The notes under the pieces: model-generated
Seen by the model: the letters and a program-made list of their open reading frames with translations, nothing else
Told to the model about the DNA's origin: nothing
Databases searched by the model: none
NCBI GenBank assembly: GCA_963815195.1
Contig: CAWFGE010000013.1
Location: forward strand, 128,001-192,000
Direction: 5' to 3'
Source of the DNA: an uncultured Planctomycetaceae bacterium
Lineage (GTDB): Bacteria; Planctomycetota; Planctomycetia; Planctomycetales; Planctomycetaceae
Length of the DNA: 64,000 bases
Shown: positions 32,043-43,298 of the stretch, in pieces
Layout: the number at the start of each line of letters is the position of its first letter
Numbering within the stretch: position 1 is the stretch's first letter
Program-made: the position numbers and the translations under genes

Positions 32043-33835
32043 CTAAACCCGGCCGATTTCCGCCTGGCAGAGGACGGCTTGACGTTCGGGGAACAGGGCG
32101 AACCAGCGCGGCGAATCCTGCCCGCGGACTTGGACGCCCAACCGGCACGGTTCGCCCGCCTGCAAGCGGTCCTTCAGAATCGCCGCGTAGAAAAAGCCCG
32201 AGTCTGTCGTCCCGCGACAACCAATGCGGGGTATACAGCAGCGTGACGCTGTGGTCGGGGCTGTGCCAGGACCGCTCGTCGCGGGCGAGGTTGAATGGGA
32301 CGGTCGGTTCGCCGTTGACCAGCAGCAAGAATCCCAGTCCCGGCGTGCGGTTTTGCGCCCCCATCGCTCCCGCGAAGCAGAAATGGCAGAACGTTTCGCC
32401 CGGCTCGATCACGACCGGGGCGGTGTCCCATTCCATCTTTTGCCCGCGGACAAGCTGCCGAATGTGGTAGCTCCGCCGGCGGTTCCCGCGGTAGTCGAAC
32501 CACAGATTCTTGGCCCCGTCGTTGTGCCGGAGCTTTCGAAAGCCTTCCTGCAGGCGTTCCGCGCGGCCGATGAGTTGCGCAGCTCCAGAAGCGCTTGATC
32601 GGCCAGCGAAGCCTGATCGCTGCGGCCGACGTGGGCCGTCAACTCGCCGAGCAGGTTTTCCAACTGCTCGTGATATTGGCCGTTCTCGGAAGACGCCGGG
32701 GGGAACGTCGCCACCAACCGCTCGCGGTAAGGTTGCCTCAATTCGCCGCGGCCTCGGCGGGACAGCTCGCCGTCCAAGTCCGCGGAAAACCAGGACCGCA
32801 CGGCGAGGCCCCGTTCGGCGGACGACTCTTCTTCCAGGACACGGGCCGCTTTGAGAATGCCGTCCGCCACGGGTTGGTTGAGCCAGTTTTGCGAGATGCA
32901 AAACAGCAGCTTCTGCCCGTGCCGATTCCGCTCGAACTCCTGCGGATCGGAGTCGGCGGAGACGGCGCTTTGCCAGCAGCGGACGCCCCGCTGCTCGAGT
33001 GCCCGGGCGAGCGTTTCGGCGCGTTCGCGATCCTCGACGGCATGCACGATCAGCACGGGATGGAATTGGACCGATTTGCCGGCGAGCGCGGGCACGTTGG
33101 CGATGAAGCTTTCGCTCACGCCGCAGCCCCGCAAAAACGCGGCGGGCACAAGGCCGCGGGATTGATAGATCGCATCGATCCCCACGCTGCTCGGGCCTTG
33201 ATGGGCGAGCGCGTCCAGGTTTCTCGCTTCCGACAAATCGACGGCATTCCACAACGTGCCGCCCGCGACCGCCCCCTCAAAATCCGCTCCCGCCAGGTCG
33301 GGCGCGTGAAGTTCGCATTCAGGATTCGGGATGCCCCCAAATCGGCATCCTTCAGAAACGCTTCCTGAAAATTGGCGTCGGAAAGATCCGCCCGGCGGAA
33401 ATCGGTTCGGTTGCAATCCGCCCGGCGGAGGTCGGCCTGAAACAGATTCGCCGCCCGGAAGTCCGCTTCGCACAGCGCCCCGGCCCTGAGATCGGCCGCC
33501 TGGAGCTTCGCCGCCCTGAGGTCCGCCCCCGTCAAATCGGCCCCGCGAAAATCCGCCCGGCTCGCGTCGAGCGCATGGGCCGTCACGCCGGCCAGGTTCA
33601 CGCCCCTAAGGTCGGCCCCCGCCAGGTTTGCCCCCCGGAGATCCGCCTCGGCCAGATTGCTCCCGGCAAAATTTGCCCCGGCAAGTTGAGCTTCGCCCAA
33701 GGGGGCGGACGGCAAAAGGAGCCCGGGGAGTTGGGCTTCGGACAAATCCAAGATTTCGCCGGGATGCTCCTCACGCCAGGCGTAAAGTGCCTCCGGCCCC
33801 TGCCGAGCGAGTTCGACATGTTGCGGATTCGCCAC
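32043..33835 (-). CDS. pentapeptide-repeat protein with TIR-like domain and extra C-terminal domain (3 apparent frameshifts)
   Basis: MANPQHVEL..W; A(D/N)Lxx repeats; HQGPSSVGIDAIY..FLRGCG; TIR-like VLIVHAVEDRERAETLARALEQRGVRCW; shifts near 33300, 32575, 32190. Confidence 0.7.
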
Positions 33836-33957
33836 GGTGGTATTCTCCCGAGATGATGCGTTCTTCGTCTATCATCCCCGGAAGAAATCCCCGCCGCAAC
33901 ACCCGAATGGACGAACCCGCCCGGAAAAGTCCGATTTGCCGCGGTTGGAGAACGCGA

Positions 33958-34398
33958 TCATTCCAGATCGATCGTCACGTCGTTTTTGCCCTCTTTGACT
34001 TCGACTTCCTTTTGCTTCGGGGACAGGCCGTCGTAGGGCGATTTCGCTTCTTGTTCATGTCCGCCTTCGCTGGGCGCGGCGGCGGCCTCATTGGTCGGCG
34101 GGGTATAGGTCACGGTGTGCTTGCCGAGGACGGCCCCATCGTCATTTCCGTAGGTGGACAGAGTAAACGTGCCGTCGTCGTTGACGTTGCCCGAGGCCGG
34201 TTTGCCGGCGGATTTCGTGGCGTCCGCGGAGACGGGGGAAAACTGAACGCTGCCGCCTTTAACGGGTTTTCCGGCGTGCATCACCTTTCCTGAAACGGGT
34301 GCCGTGGAAAAGGACTCGCCGCCCCCGCAGCCCCACAAACCGGCCAGCGGCAAAAGCACGGCGATCAGTCGGACGCTACGCAAAGATGCAGATTTCAC
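33958..34398 (-). CDS. DUF1559-associated lipoprotein (carboxypeptidase-regulatory-like fold)
   Basis: LWGC lipobox, APVSGKV, DDGTFTLSTYGNDDGAVLGKHTV. Confidence 0.8.
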   Translation of the reverse strand: MKSASLRSVRLIAVLLPLAGLWGCGGGESFSTAPVSGKVMHAGKPVKGGSVQFSPVSADATKSAGKPASGNVNDDGTFTLSTYGNDDGAVLGKHTVTYTPPTNEAAAAPSEGGHEQEAKSPYDGLSPKQKEVEVKEGKNDVTIDLE

Positions 34399-34441
34399 AA
34401 GGCTCTCCTTTCTCAGTCGAACAATCAAGAATGATGAAACC

Positions 34442-34480
34442 AAAAAACCCCAGCGGGTGATTGGAGCTTCACCCGCCGGG
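34442..34480 (-). terminator. intrinsic terminator after DUF1559 gene
   Basis: Minus strand CCCGGCGGGTGA-loop-TCACCCGCTGGGG followed by T6. Confidence 0.65.
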
Positions 34481-34514
34481 TCAGGCCGAGAATAGTCGAT
34501 CGAAAAACGACAAG

Positions 34515-35600
<1,086 letters not shown>

Positions 35601-35936
35601 GGGACTGTTCCTTGGGGAAAAAAGCGGAAAATGGGTATGAACGAACAATTCGCGTCAGCCCATCATCAAACCACAAAGTCGCCGCTGAGTTTCGGAAATT
35701 TTTCAAGATTTTTGGCCGGGCAGGCGGACAATTCCTCCAGGAGCGCGGGTTCCCCCCCCCTTCGCGACCTCGGACCGGCATCGGAACAGATTGTCGGCAC
35801 AGAATCCCCGCGGCCGAATGCGAAAAACTTTGAACCGCCGGGAACCGAAGAATTGTGATCGACACGCAATCCCGTCATAATATCGAACCTGTCGGCAAGC
35901 CCGACCTTTCCCGGAAAACCAGCAGAGGAGGAATCT

Positions 35937-37805
35937 GTGGGCAACGAGAACGGACACCAGGCCACCAAAACCCCCGCGGATTTTCAAATCGAGCGATTCG
36001 ATGTCGATCTCGCCAAACAGCAGGTCCAGCCAGAGACTCTGCCCTGCGAAGATGTCGAAGACGTGTTCGGAGGAATCGCCCGCGGGTTTAAGCTCCTCGA
36101 AAAATGCCCCACCGACGATCCCTACGCCCCCGAAGCCACGCTGGTTTTGAATCTCGGGTTACTCTCAGGCTCCGATTTTATGACCGGGCTCAGGACCTAC
36201 TTCCACGCCTATTCCCCGCTCAAAACCTCCAAATCCGGCAAACCCTCGGCCATGTGGTCCGCCGGCAGCGGGAAGTTCGGCACCAAACTCAGGTATCTGG
36301 GCGTCGATGAGGTGCTGTTTGCCGGCCGGTGTGAAAAACCGACAATCCTGCACATCACCCGCGCAGACGACGGCCCCGTGAAGTTCGAGTTTCTCGACGG
36401 CAGCGATCTGGTCGGCCGGCGGGTGAACGACAAGATCCAAACCCTCCACAAAAGGTTTCCCGAAGCGCACTTCGCCGTCATCGGACCGGCGGGCGAGAAC
36501 TACGAGAAAGTCCGCTATGCCGCGATCGCCCTGTCCACCGAAAACCAGCTCAAGAGCGGCGACCAGAAATCCCGCTGGTGCGGACGCGGCGGCATGGGCG
36601 GCGTGATGGGCTCGAAAAATCTCATCGCCATCGTCGCCGACATCAAAGACCAAATCGGCCCCAAAGCCCCCAAGGAACTTAAAACCATCAACATGGAAGT
36701 CGCCCGCGGCAAAGGCAGCACCCGCTTCCGCGACAAGAAAAAAGCGGGCGGCGGCGGCGGGACCTGGGCCAACTACGAAGCCCTCAATCCCGTCCACGCC
36801 ATGCCGGAGATGAACTTCAACCCCACCGGCACGATCGTCTCCCTGCCTTTGTACCGAGACAACGTCGAAGCCCTGGGGCCTTATGTCGTCAAGGACGAAT
36901 CCTGCTTCCGCTGCGGGATCAGTTGCCATAAAAACGTGTACGACGAAGTCCTCGAAGAAAAGAACGGCAAGATCAAAAGCCGGGCCGACAAATACCGGGC
37001 CAAGCTCGATTTCGAACCCTTAAACCTCCTGTCGTCCAACATCGGCATCTTCGATATCGACCAGGCCTGCATTCTCGTCGAGTTGGTGGATGAAATGGGC
37101 ATGGATTCCATTTCCATCGGCACCACGCTGTCTTATGCGATGGAATACAACCGCCGGCATCCCGACAAAAAAATCGCCGACGGAATGAGCTACGGCGACT
37201 TCCAGACCACGCACGATGTCATCGAGAAAATCGGCACCGGACAGATGGAACTCCTCGGCCAGGGCGTGATGCGGATGTCCCAGGAACTCGGCGACACCGG
37301 CTATGCGATGCATTCCAAAGGCATGGAATACCCCGCCTACCTGCCGCAAACGAACCCAGGCTACCCGTGGGCCTTGGCGGGCGGGCACATGTCGATGCGG
37401 ACGTATCTGCTCTTGCTCTATGAACGTGAAACCAACCTGGATTACTGGGTGGACGCGATCACCAACCGCGGCCTCGCCATCCTGCGGGACGACTTCACCG
37501 GCGTCTGCAAGTTCGCGGGCCTCCCGGACGACCAGATGGCCGAGGCGGTGCGGTTGCTCTCGGGTCTCGACATCACGGCAGACACCTTCAAGCAAATCAT
37601 CCGCCGCACTTTCTTGCGGGGCTACCGCCTCGAAAAACTGCAAGGCTTCACCGACGAAGACTACGTGATGCCCGCCGAGGCTCACGAGGAATACCCCCAA
37701 ATCGAACTGCCGTATTTCAACAGCCGCGAGTTCTTTCAGGAATTAAAACCCCGCGTGATGGCGAGGTTCAACGAAATGCTCGAAGAAGAAGGCCTGGCGG
37801 TGTAA
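35937..37805 (+). CDS. aor: aldehyde:ferredoxin oxidoreductase (W/Mo bis-pterin AOR family)
   Basis: SPLKT, IGPAGEN, GRGGMGGVMGSKNL, CFRCGISC, DEMGMDSIS, KGMEYPAYLP, GVCKF. Confidence 0.88.
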   Translation: MGNENGHQATKTPADFQIERFDVDLAKQQVQPETLPCEDVEDVFGGIARGFKLLEKCPTDDPYAPEATLVLNLGLLSGSDFMTGLRTYFHAYSPLKTSKSGKPSAMWSAGSGKFGTKLRYLGVDEVLFAGRCEKPTILHITRADDGPVKFEFLDGSDLVGRRVNDKIQTLHKRFPEAHFAVIGPAGENYEKVRYAAIALSTENQLKSGDQKSRWCGRGGMGGVMGSKNLIAIVADIKDQIGPKAPKELKTINMEVARGKGSTRFRDKKKAGGGGGTWANYEALNPVHAMPEMNFNPTGTIVSLPLYRDNVEALGPYVVKDESCFRCGISCHKNVYDEVLEEKNGKIKSRADKYRAKLDFEPLNLLSSNIGIFDIDQACILVELVDEMGMDSISIGTTLSYAMEYNRRHPDKKIADGMSYGDFQTTHDVIEKIGTGQMELLGQGVMRMSQELGDTGYAMHSKGMEYPAYLPQTNPGYPWALAGGHMSMRTYLLLLYERETNLDYWVDAITNRGLAILRDDFTGVCKFAGLPDDQMAEAVRLLSGLDITADTFKQIIRRTFLRGYRLEKLQGFTDEDYVMPAEAHEEYPQIELPYFNSREFFQELKPRVMARFNEMLEEEGLAV

Positions 37806-37861
37806 TCTGCCTGTCTGACGTTTCGGTCATTGGAATATCCGCAGATGGAAATTACGCAAAA

Positions 37862-38126
37862 AGGGCCGAAGGTCCGGCTCGATGTCAGCCCAGGACACAG
37901 TCCTGGGGAACAGGAACGAACGAAGTACAAAAGCCCCCACGGGGCGGTCCTCAACCGGTGAGCGTCGTGGGATTGAATCGGACGAACGATATGCGTGCGA
38001 GTAAGCTGCCCCTCGACGTGTGCGAGATAGGGCCGCCCCGTGGGGGCTTGCGTTTGATTCATCATCCATAACCCAGGGCGGCGCTGCGCTTGCCCTGGGC
38101 TGACATAAAGCCGGACCTTCGGCCCT
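37862..38126. repeat. nested inverted-repeat element (MITE/REP-like family C)
   Basis: 33-bp outer arms AGGGCCGAAGGTCCGGCTyrATGTCAGCCCAGG (2 mismatches); inner arms at 37931-37951 and 38029-38049. Confidence 0.8.
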
Positions 38127-38252
38127 AAATACTTTCGTTTTGGATTTCCGATTTGGAGATTCGGATTCGATCCTTTCATTGCTTCTCGCACCCTAGGATC
38201 AACTGATGCAACCGGCTCAACTCCGTGGGGCCTTTTGAGGATTAGCGAAACC

Positions 38253-38528
38253 GTGGCGATCACCGTGGAAATTCCTCACGCCATTTCCCGATACAGCGAG
38301 GAAGAAACCCAGGTTGACTTGGAAGGCCAAACCGTCGGCGAAGTGCTCGGCTCGCTCTGGGAAAAATATCCCCCACTCAAAACCCGCGTCCTCGACCGCG
38401 AGGGGCGGTTGTATGCGTATCTGTTATTGTTCCAGAACGATCAAAAACTCCCCCGCGAGAATCTGATGAACTTCCCGCTCCAGGACGGCGACCGCCTGGA
38501 AATCGTCGCCCTCGCCGAAGGCGGATAA
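38253..38528 (+). CDS. moaD: MoaD/ThiS family sulfur carrier
   Basis: Ubiquitin-like fold; LQDGDRLEIVALAEGG with C-terminal GG; follows aor. Confidence 0.85.
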   Translation: MAITVEIPHAISRYSEEETQVDLEGQTVGEVLGSLWEKYPPLKTRVLDREGRLYAYLLLFQNDQKLPRENLMNFPLQDGDRLEIVALAEGG

Positions 38529-38602
38529 AGTCAAAACCCAAGCCGACGACTTGTCGTCGGTCCGTTTCCTCGTTTTCCAATCCAGTTTAGGAGTCCCGGC
38601 GC

Positions 38603-40261
38603 ATGAAGGCATCTGATTTGTTCGTGAAGTGTTTGGAGAACGAAGGGATCGAGTTTATCTTCGGCGTGCCGGGCGAAGAAAACGCCGACTTTATGATCTC
38701 GCTTGAGGATTCGAAAAAGATCCGGTTCATCCTCACCCGCCACGAGCAGGGGGCCGCATTCATGGCGGAAGTTTACGGCCGACTGACCGGGAACCCCGCC
38801 GGCTGTTTGGGCACGCTCGGGCCGGGGGCGACGAACCTGATCACCGGCGTCGCCGACGCGAACATGGACAGGGCCCCGATGATCGTGCTCACCGGGCAAG
38901 GCGACTCGGAACGGCTGCACAAGGAATCGCACCAGGTGATGGACGTGGTCGCGATGTTCCGCCCCGTCACCAAATGGGCCCAGACGGTTTATCATCCCGA
39001 TAACATCCCCGAAATCGTCCGCAAAGCCGTTCGCCTCGCGCGGACCGAAAAACCCGGCGCCTGCCACATCGAACTTCCGGAAGACATCGCGGAAAGGGAT
39101 GCAACGACCCAGCCCATCGAAGTCCGCAAATTTCGCCGGCCCGTGCCGGATGACAAAATCGTGGACCGGGCCTGGGAGATGATCCGCACCGCCAAGCGGC
39201 CGATCATTCTTGCGGGCAACGGCACGATCCGCCGACGGGCCAGCAAGCAGCTTCGCGAGTTCGTGAAACAGACGGGCATCGGCGTGGTCAGCACGTTCAT
39301 GGCCAAGGGCTGCGTGGATATGGACTCCGAGGAATGCGTTTACACCGTCGGCCTCCAGGCTCGCGATCATGCCATCTGCGCGATCGACGCCGCGGATGTG
39401 GTCATCTCGCTGGGCTACGACATGGTCGAATATCATCCAAGGCTTTGGAACCACGGCAACAAGCACAAGCTGGTGCACATCGATTTCATTCCCTCCGAAA
39501 TCGATGAGGATTACCGCATCGATGTGGAAGTCGTCGGCGATCTCGCGCATACGCTGTGGATGCTCAACGAGCGCGTGAAGGCCTACGGAACCGGTAAGCT
39601 CGACTTCGACCACACCCACGCCCGCAAAGCCCGCCAGGCGATGAAAGCCGACCTCGAAGAGTACAAAGACGACAACACGCAGGGAAAAATCAAGCCGCAA
39701 AAAGCCCTCTGGGACGCCCGGCAGGCGATGGGCCCGGAGGATATTCTGCTCTCGGACGTCGGGGCCCATAAAATGTGGATCGCCCGGCATTACCAATGCC
39801 ACGAACCCAATACCTGCCTGATCCCCAACGGTTTCTGCTCGATGGGCTTCGCCCTGCCGGGGGCGATCGCCGCGAGCCTGGTGCACCCGGACCGCAACAT
39901 CCTCGCGGTTTGCGGCGACGCCGGGTTTATGATGAACGTCCAGGAAATGGAAACCGCCAAGCGGATCAACTCCAAGATCACCGTGATGATCTGGGAAGAC
40001 CACGCCTACGGCCTGATCGCCTGGAAGCAGCAAAACCACTTCGGCAAGCACACCGATTTGTCTTTCGGCAACCCCGACTTCGTCGAACTGGCCAAAGCCT
40101 TCGGCTGGAACGGCCACCGCTGCGAAGACAGCACCAAACTCCAATCCGTCTTGAAAGAAGCCCTCGCCGAAGATGGCCCCAGCTTGGTCGTCATTCCCAT
40201 CGATTATGACGAAAACCCCAAATTGACCAAACGCCTCGGCGACATCAGTTGCCCGATTTAA
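38603..40261 (+). CDS. ThDP-dependent enzyme, acetolactate synthase large subunit / 2-oxoacid decarboxylase-like
   Basis: IFGVPGEEN, TRHEQGAAFMA, TLGPGATN, SDVGAHKMW, GDAGFMMN ThDP motif. Confidence 0.88.
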   Translation: MKASDLFVKCLENEGIEFIFGVPGEENADFMISLEDSKKIRFILTRHEQGAAFMAEVYGRLTGNPAGCLGTLGPGATNLITGVADANMDRAPMIVLTGQGDSERLHKESHQVMDVVAMFRPVTKWAQTVYHPDNIPEIVRKAVRLARTEKPGACHIELPEDIAERDATTQPIEVRKFRRPVPDDKIVDRAWEMIRTAKRPIILAGNGTIRRRASKQLREFVKQTGIGVVSTFMAKGCVDMDSEECVYTVGLQARDHAICAIDAADVVISLGYDMVEYHPRLWNHGNKHKLVHIDFIPSEIDEDYRIDVEVVGDLAHTLWMLNERVKAYGTGKLDFDHTHARKARQAMKADLEEYKDDNTQGKIKPQKALWDARQAMGPEDILLSDVGAHKMWIARHYQCHEPNTCLIPNGFCSMGFALPGAIAASLVHPDRNILAVCGDAGFMMNVQEMETAKRINSKITVMIWEDHAYGLIAWKQQNHFGKHTDLSFGNPDFVELAKAFGWNGHRCEDSTKLQSVLKEALAEDGPSLVVIPIDYDENPKLTKRLGDISCPI

Positions 40262-40414
40262 GCGGTTGCTCCCGGCCGCGGCGGGCGCGGCCAAATCCTC
40301 CTGGAGATGCAAAAACTCTACGGAACGCATATATTCACTCGTATGTGCTGATCCTTTCAATTCGTGAGGATCCGCGCGGATTCGTCTCATCGAGCAGAGT
40401 GAAAGGGCGGCGTG

Positions 40415-41173
40415 ATGGCACGGTTTGCAGTTATTCTCCCGGCGGCGGGGCGGAGCACGCGGTTCTCGGCCCAGCGCCGCAAGAAGCCGTTTGTGGAACT
40501 CAAAGGACGCCCGGTCTGGGTCCGCACGGCCGAGCATTTCGTCAACCGCGACGACGTGGCGCAAACGATCATCGTCGTCTCGCCGGACGATCTGGATTGG
40601 TTCAAAGAGAAGTTCCGCCCGAACCTGGCGTTTATGGAGATCGAAATCGTCACCGGCGGCGACACGCGGGCCGACAGCGTGGAGAACGCGTTGGAGCGCG
40701 TGCATGCCGAGATCGATTTTATCGCCGTCCACGATGCGGCCCGGCCGCTGTTGACGGCCAAGTGGATCAGCGATGTGTTCGACGCGGCGAAGACCTCGGA
40801 CGCCGCGATTCCGGGCATTCCCGTGACCAGCACGCTCAAACGCGTCGAGGCCGTCAAGAACAAAGGCAACCAGATCGTGGAGACCGTCTCGCGGGAGGGG
40901 CTGTGGCAAGCCCAGACGCCGCAGGTGTTCCGCCGGGATCTGCTCATCGAGGCCTATAGCAAGCGTGGGGATTTCTCGCCCACGGATGAAGCGAGCCTGG
41001 TCGAAAAGTTCGGCCACCCGGTGATGGTCGTCCCCGGTTCGCCGATGAATCTTAAAATCACGACGCCGGAAGATTTCGAAATGGCCAAAGCCCTGCTGGA
41101 CGCCCTGCCCAAAGACAACCTCTTCAACCCCCTGCACCCTTTCGCCGACGAAAACCCGCATTTGTTTTCGTGA
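40415..41173 (+). CDS. ispD: 2-C-methyl-D-erythritol 4-phosphate cytidylyltransferase
   Basis: ILPAAGRSTRF, GGDTRADSV, VHDAARP, QTPQVF, TDEAS, NLKITTPED. Confidence 0.93.
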   Translation: MARFAVILPAAGRSTRFSAQRRKKPFVELKGRPVWVRTAEHFVNRDDVAQTIIVVSPDDLDWFKEKFRPNLAFMEIEIVTGGDTRADSVENALERVHAEIDFIAVHDAARPLLTAKWISDVFDAAKTSDAAIPGIPVTSTLKRVEAVKNKGNQIVETVSREGLWQAQTPQVFRRDLLIEAYSKRGDFSPTDEASLVEKFGHPVMVVPGSPMNLKITTPEDFEMAKALLDALPKDNLFNPLHPFADENPHLFS

Positions 41174-41721
41174 GCCGTTAAGAACCCGGGTCACCTTGCC
41201 ATGGAATGGTTCGCTCTCACATCTCTGAGAATCGACGATTCACCAATGGCCGATAATTCCTCACTTCAGGAAAACGTCACACTGCTTCAAGAAATCATCG
41301 AGTTACGGCATCGCGAGATCGCGTTGCGTGAGGAATTCCTAAAGTCGAACCGCGAGACTGGTGAGAAAACTCTCGATGAAAGCAAAACCGAAACGTCGAG
41401 GAACGCGCGCTTTGGTATAAGGCTGACTTTAATATGGAGCTGAACTGAGCCCATGGTAAACGGTGAGTTTAGGATGGATGACCAGACATCAAACGACACA
41501 AATGCTTTCAGGTCAGGCAAGCCAACCCCACCACGGGCAGTTTCTCGATTCAACGGGTTCTTGATGTGACGCCTTTGCGGCGCTTGCCCCCCAAACTCAG
41601 ACGCCGTGGAGTTTGTTCGACAAAACGCCCCGGATCGCGGATTCGGTGATTGCTACCGGCCGGGAAACTTGCGACGATGGGGGCGGTTTTTTCTGTTTCC
41701 TTCCTTTGATGTTTTCCTCTT

Positions 41722-43212
41722 ATGATTTGCGTGAGCATCGGGCGGACCCGGCACAAGATGGTGGTCGCCGAGCATAAGCATTTGGCGGAAAAAGGGGCGG
41801 AGCTGGTCGAGCTTCGCGTGGACTGGCTGTCGCGGATGCCGGACGTGGGCCGGCTTCTAGAGGATCGGCCCACGCCGTGCGTTCTGACGTGCCGGCGGAA
41901 AGAAGACCGCGGCCGCTGGCGCGGCTCGGAAGATCAGCGGATGACGATCCTCCGCACCGGGATTGTCTCGGGCGTCGAGTATGTCGATCTGGAAGACGAC
42001 ATCGCCGGCAAGGTGCCCCGCTACGGCGAGACGAAGCGGATCGTCAGCCATCACAATTTCGACGAAACGCCCGACGATCTGGAACAAATCCACGAGCGGA
42101 TGACGAAGCTCGACCCGGACATCGTGAAGATCGTCACGATGGCGAACTCGACCGAGGACATGGTGCGGATGCTGAAGCTCGTCGCGAGCGCCAAGGTGCC
42201 CACCGTTGGATTCTGCATGGGGGAGTTGGGCCAGCCCAGCCGCGTGCTCTGCGGGAAATATGGCTCGCCCTTCACGTATGCGACCTTCAGCAAAGACCGC
42301 GAAATGGCCCCCGGGCAGCTTTCGTTTGCGGAGATGAAGTCCATCTACCGCGTCGATCAGATCGACGCCGAGACGAAGGTGTTTGCCGTCATCGGCGATC
42401 CGGTCGCCCACAGCCTGAGCCCGGTCGTTCATAACGCAGCCTTCGCGGCGGCGGGCATCAACGGCGTGTATTTGCCGGTCCGCATTTTCAAGAGGCGATT
42501 GGAGGAATCGCTCCGGGCGCTCGATTGGCTCGAGATTCGCGGCTACAGCGTGACGATCCCCCACAAGGAGGGCGTCATCGAAAAAGCCGACGAGGTGAAC
42601 GAGGCGGTCAAAGAGATCGGGGCGGCGAATACGCTGTTCCGCGACGGCGACGGCCGCTGGCACGCGGCCAACACCGACTACGAGGCCGCGCTCAAAAGTT
42701 TGCTCAGCGGGCTCAAAGCCCGCGGGGACGAATCGCCTTCGCTCAAAGGCAAGAAAGTCTTGATGCTTGGAGCCGGCGGAGCGGCCCGCGCGATCGGCTG
42801 GGCGATGGTCAACGCCGGGGCGCTGCTCACGATTTCCAATCGCTCCGTCCAGCGGGCCAAAGACCTGGCGGCGGAATTGGGCTGCCAGTTCTGCAACTGG
42901 GAGCACCGCGCGACGGGCTATGCGGATATTCTCATCAACTGCACGCCCGTGGGCATGCACCCCAATGTCGATGACACGCCGTTCAAGGATTCGTGGTTCC
43001 GCGAAGGGATGGTCGTGTTCGACACCGTTTACACGCCCGAAAACACGCTGCTGCTCAAGCAGGCCCGGGAACGAAACTGCCACACCGTCTCCGGCTTGGA
43101 AATGTTCATCCGGCAGGCGGCGGCCCAGTTCGAGCGGTTCACCGGCCAAAAACCGCCGAAGGACGTGATGCTCAAAGCCCTCAGGAACGCGATCTCGCCC
43201 GTGAAGATGTAG
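41722..43212 (+). CDS. aroE: bifunctional type I 3-dehydroquinate dehydratase / shikimate dehydrogenase
   Basis: ELRVD, IVSHHNF, APGQL (AroD); GDPVAHSLSP, SVTIPHK, NTD, GAGGAA, INCTPVGM (AroE). Confidence 0.93.
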   Translation: MICVSIGRTRHKMVVAEHKHLAEKGAELVELRVDWLSRMPDVGRLLEDRPTPCVLTCRRKEDRGRWRGSEDQRMTILRTGIVSGVEYVDLEDDIAGKVPRYGETKRIVSHHNFDETPDDLEQIHERMTKLDPDIVKIVTMANSTEDMVRMLKLVASAKVPTVGFCMGELGQPSRVLCGKYGSPFTYATFSKDREMAPGQLSFAEMKSIYRVDQIDAETKVFAVIGDPVAHSLSPVVHNAAFAAAGINGVYLPVRIFKRRLEESLRALDWLEIRGYSVTIPHKEGVIEKADEVNEAVKEIGAANTLFRDGDGRWHAANTDYEAALKSLLSGLKARGDESPSLKGKKVLMLGAGGAARAIGWAMVNAGALLTISNRSVQRAKDLAAELGCQFCNWEHRATGYADILINCTPVGMHPNVDDTPFKDSWFREGMVVFDTVYTPENTLLLKQARERNCHTVSGLEMFIRQAAAQFERFTGQKPPKDVMLKALRNAISPVKM

Positions 43213-43246
43213 GGATCGCTGGAGAAAGCTTTCCATTATCAGTGAA

Positions 43247-43271
43247 CCGCGGCTAGCGCCCGGCGGCCAAT
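43247..43271. repeat. REP-like family A, degenerate solo arm
   Basis: CCGCGGCTAGCGCCCGGCGGCCAAT. Confidence 0.45.
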
Positions 43272-43298
43272 GGATCCTTAGCGGTCGTGCGCGACGAA

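Noticed and set aside
35853..35869. TTGTGATCGACACGCAA as a CRP/FNR/Rex site upstream of aor
   Set aside because: Only one half-site matches and the spacing is imperfect.
41201..41553. Short ORFs in a lower-GC gap between ispD and aroE
   Set aside because: No clear RBS or family; possibly a gene fragment, but not supportable.
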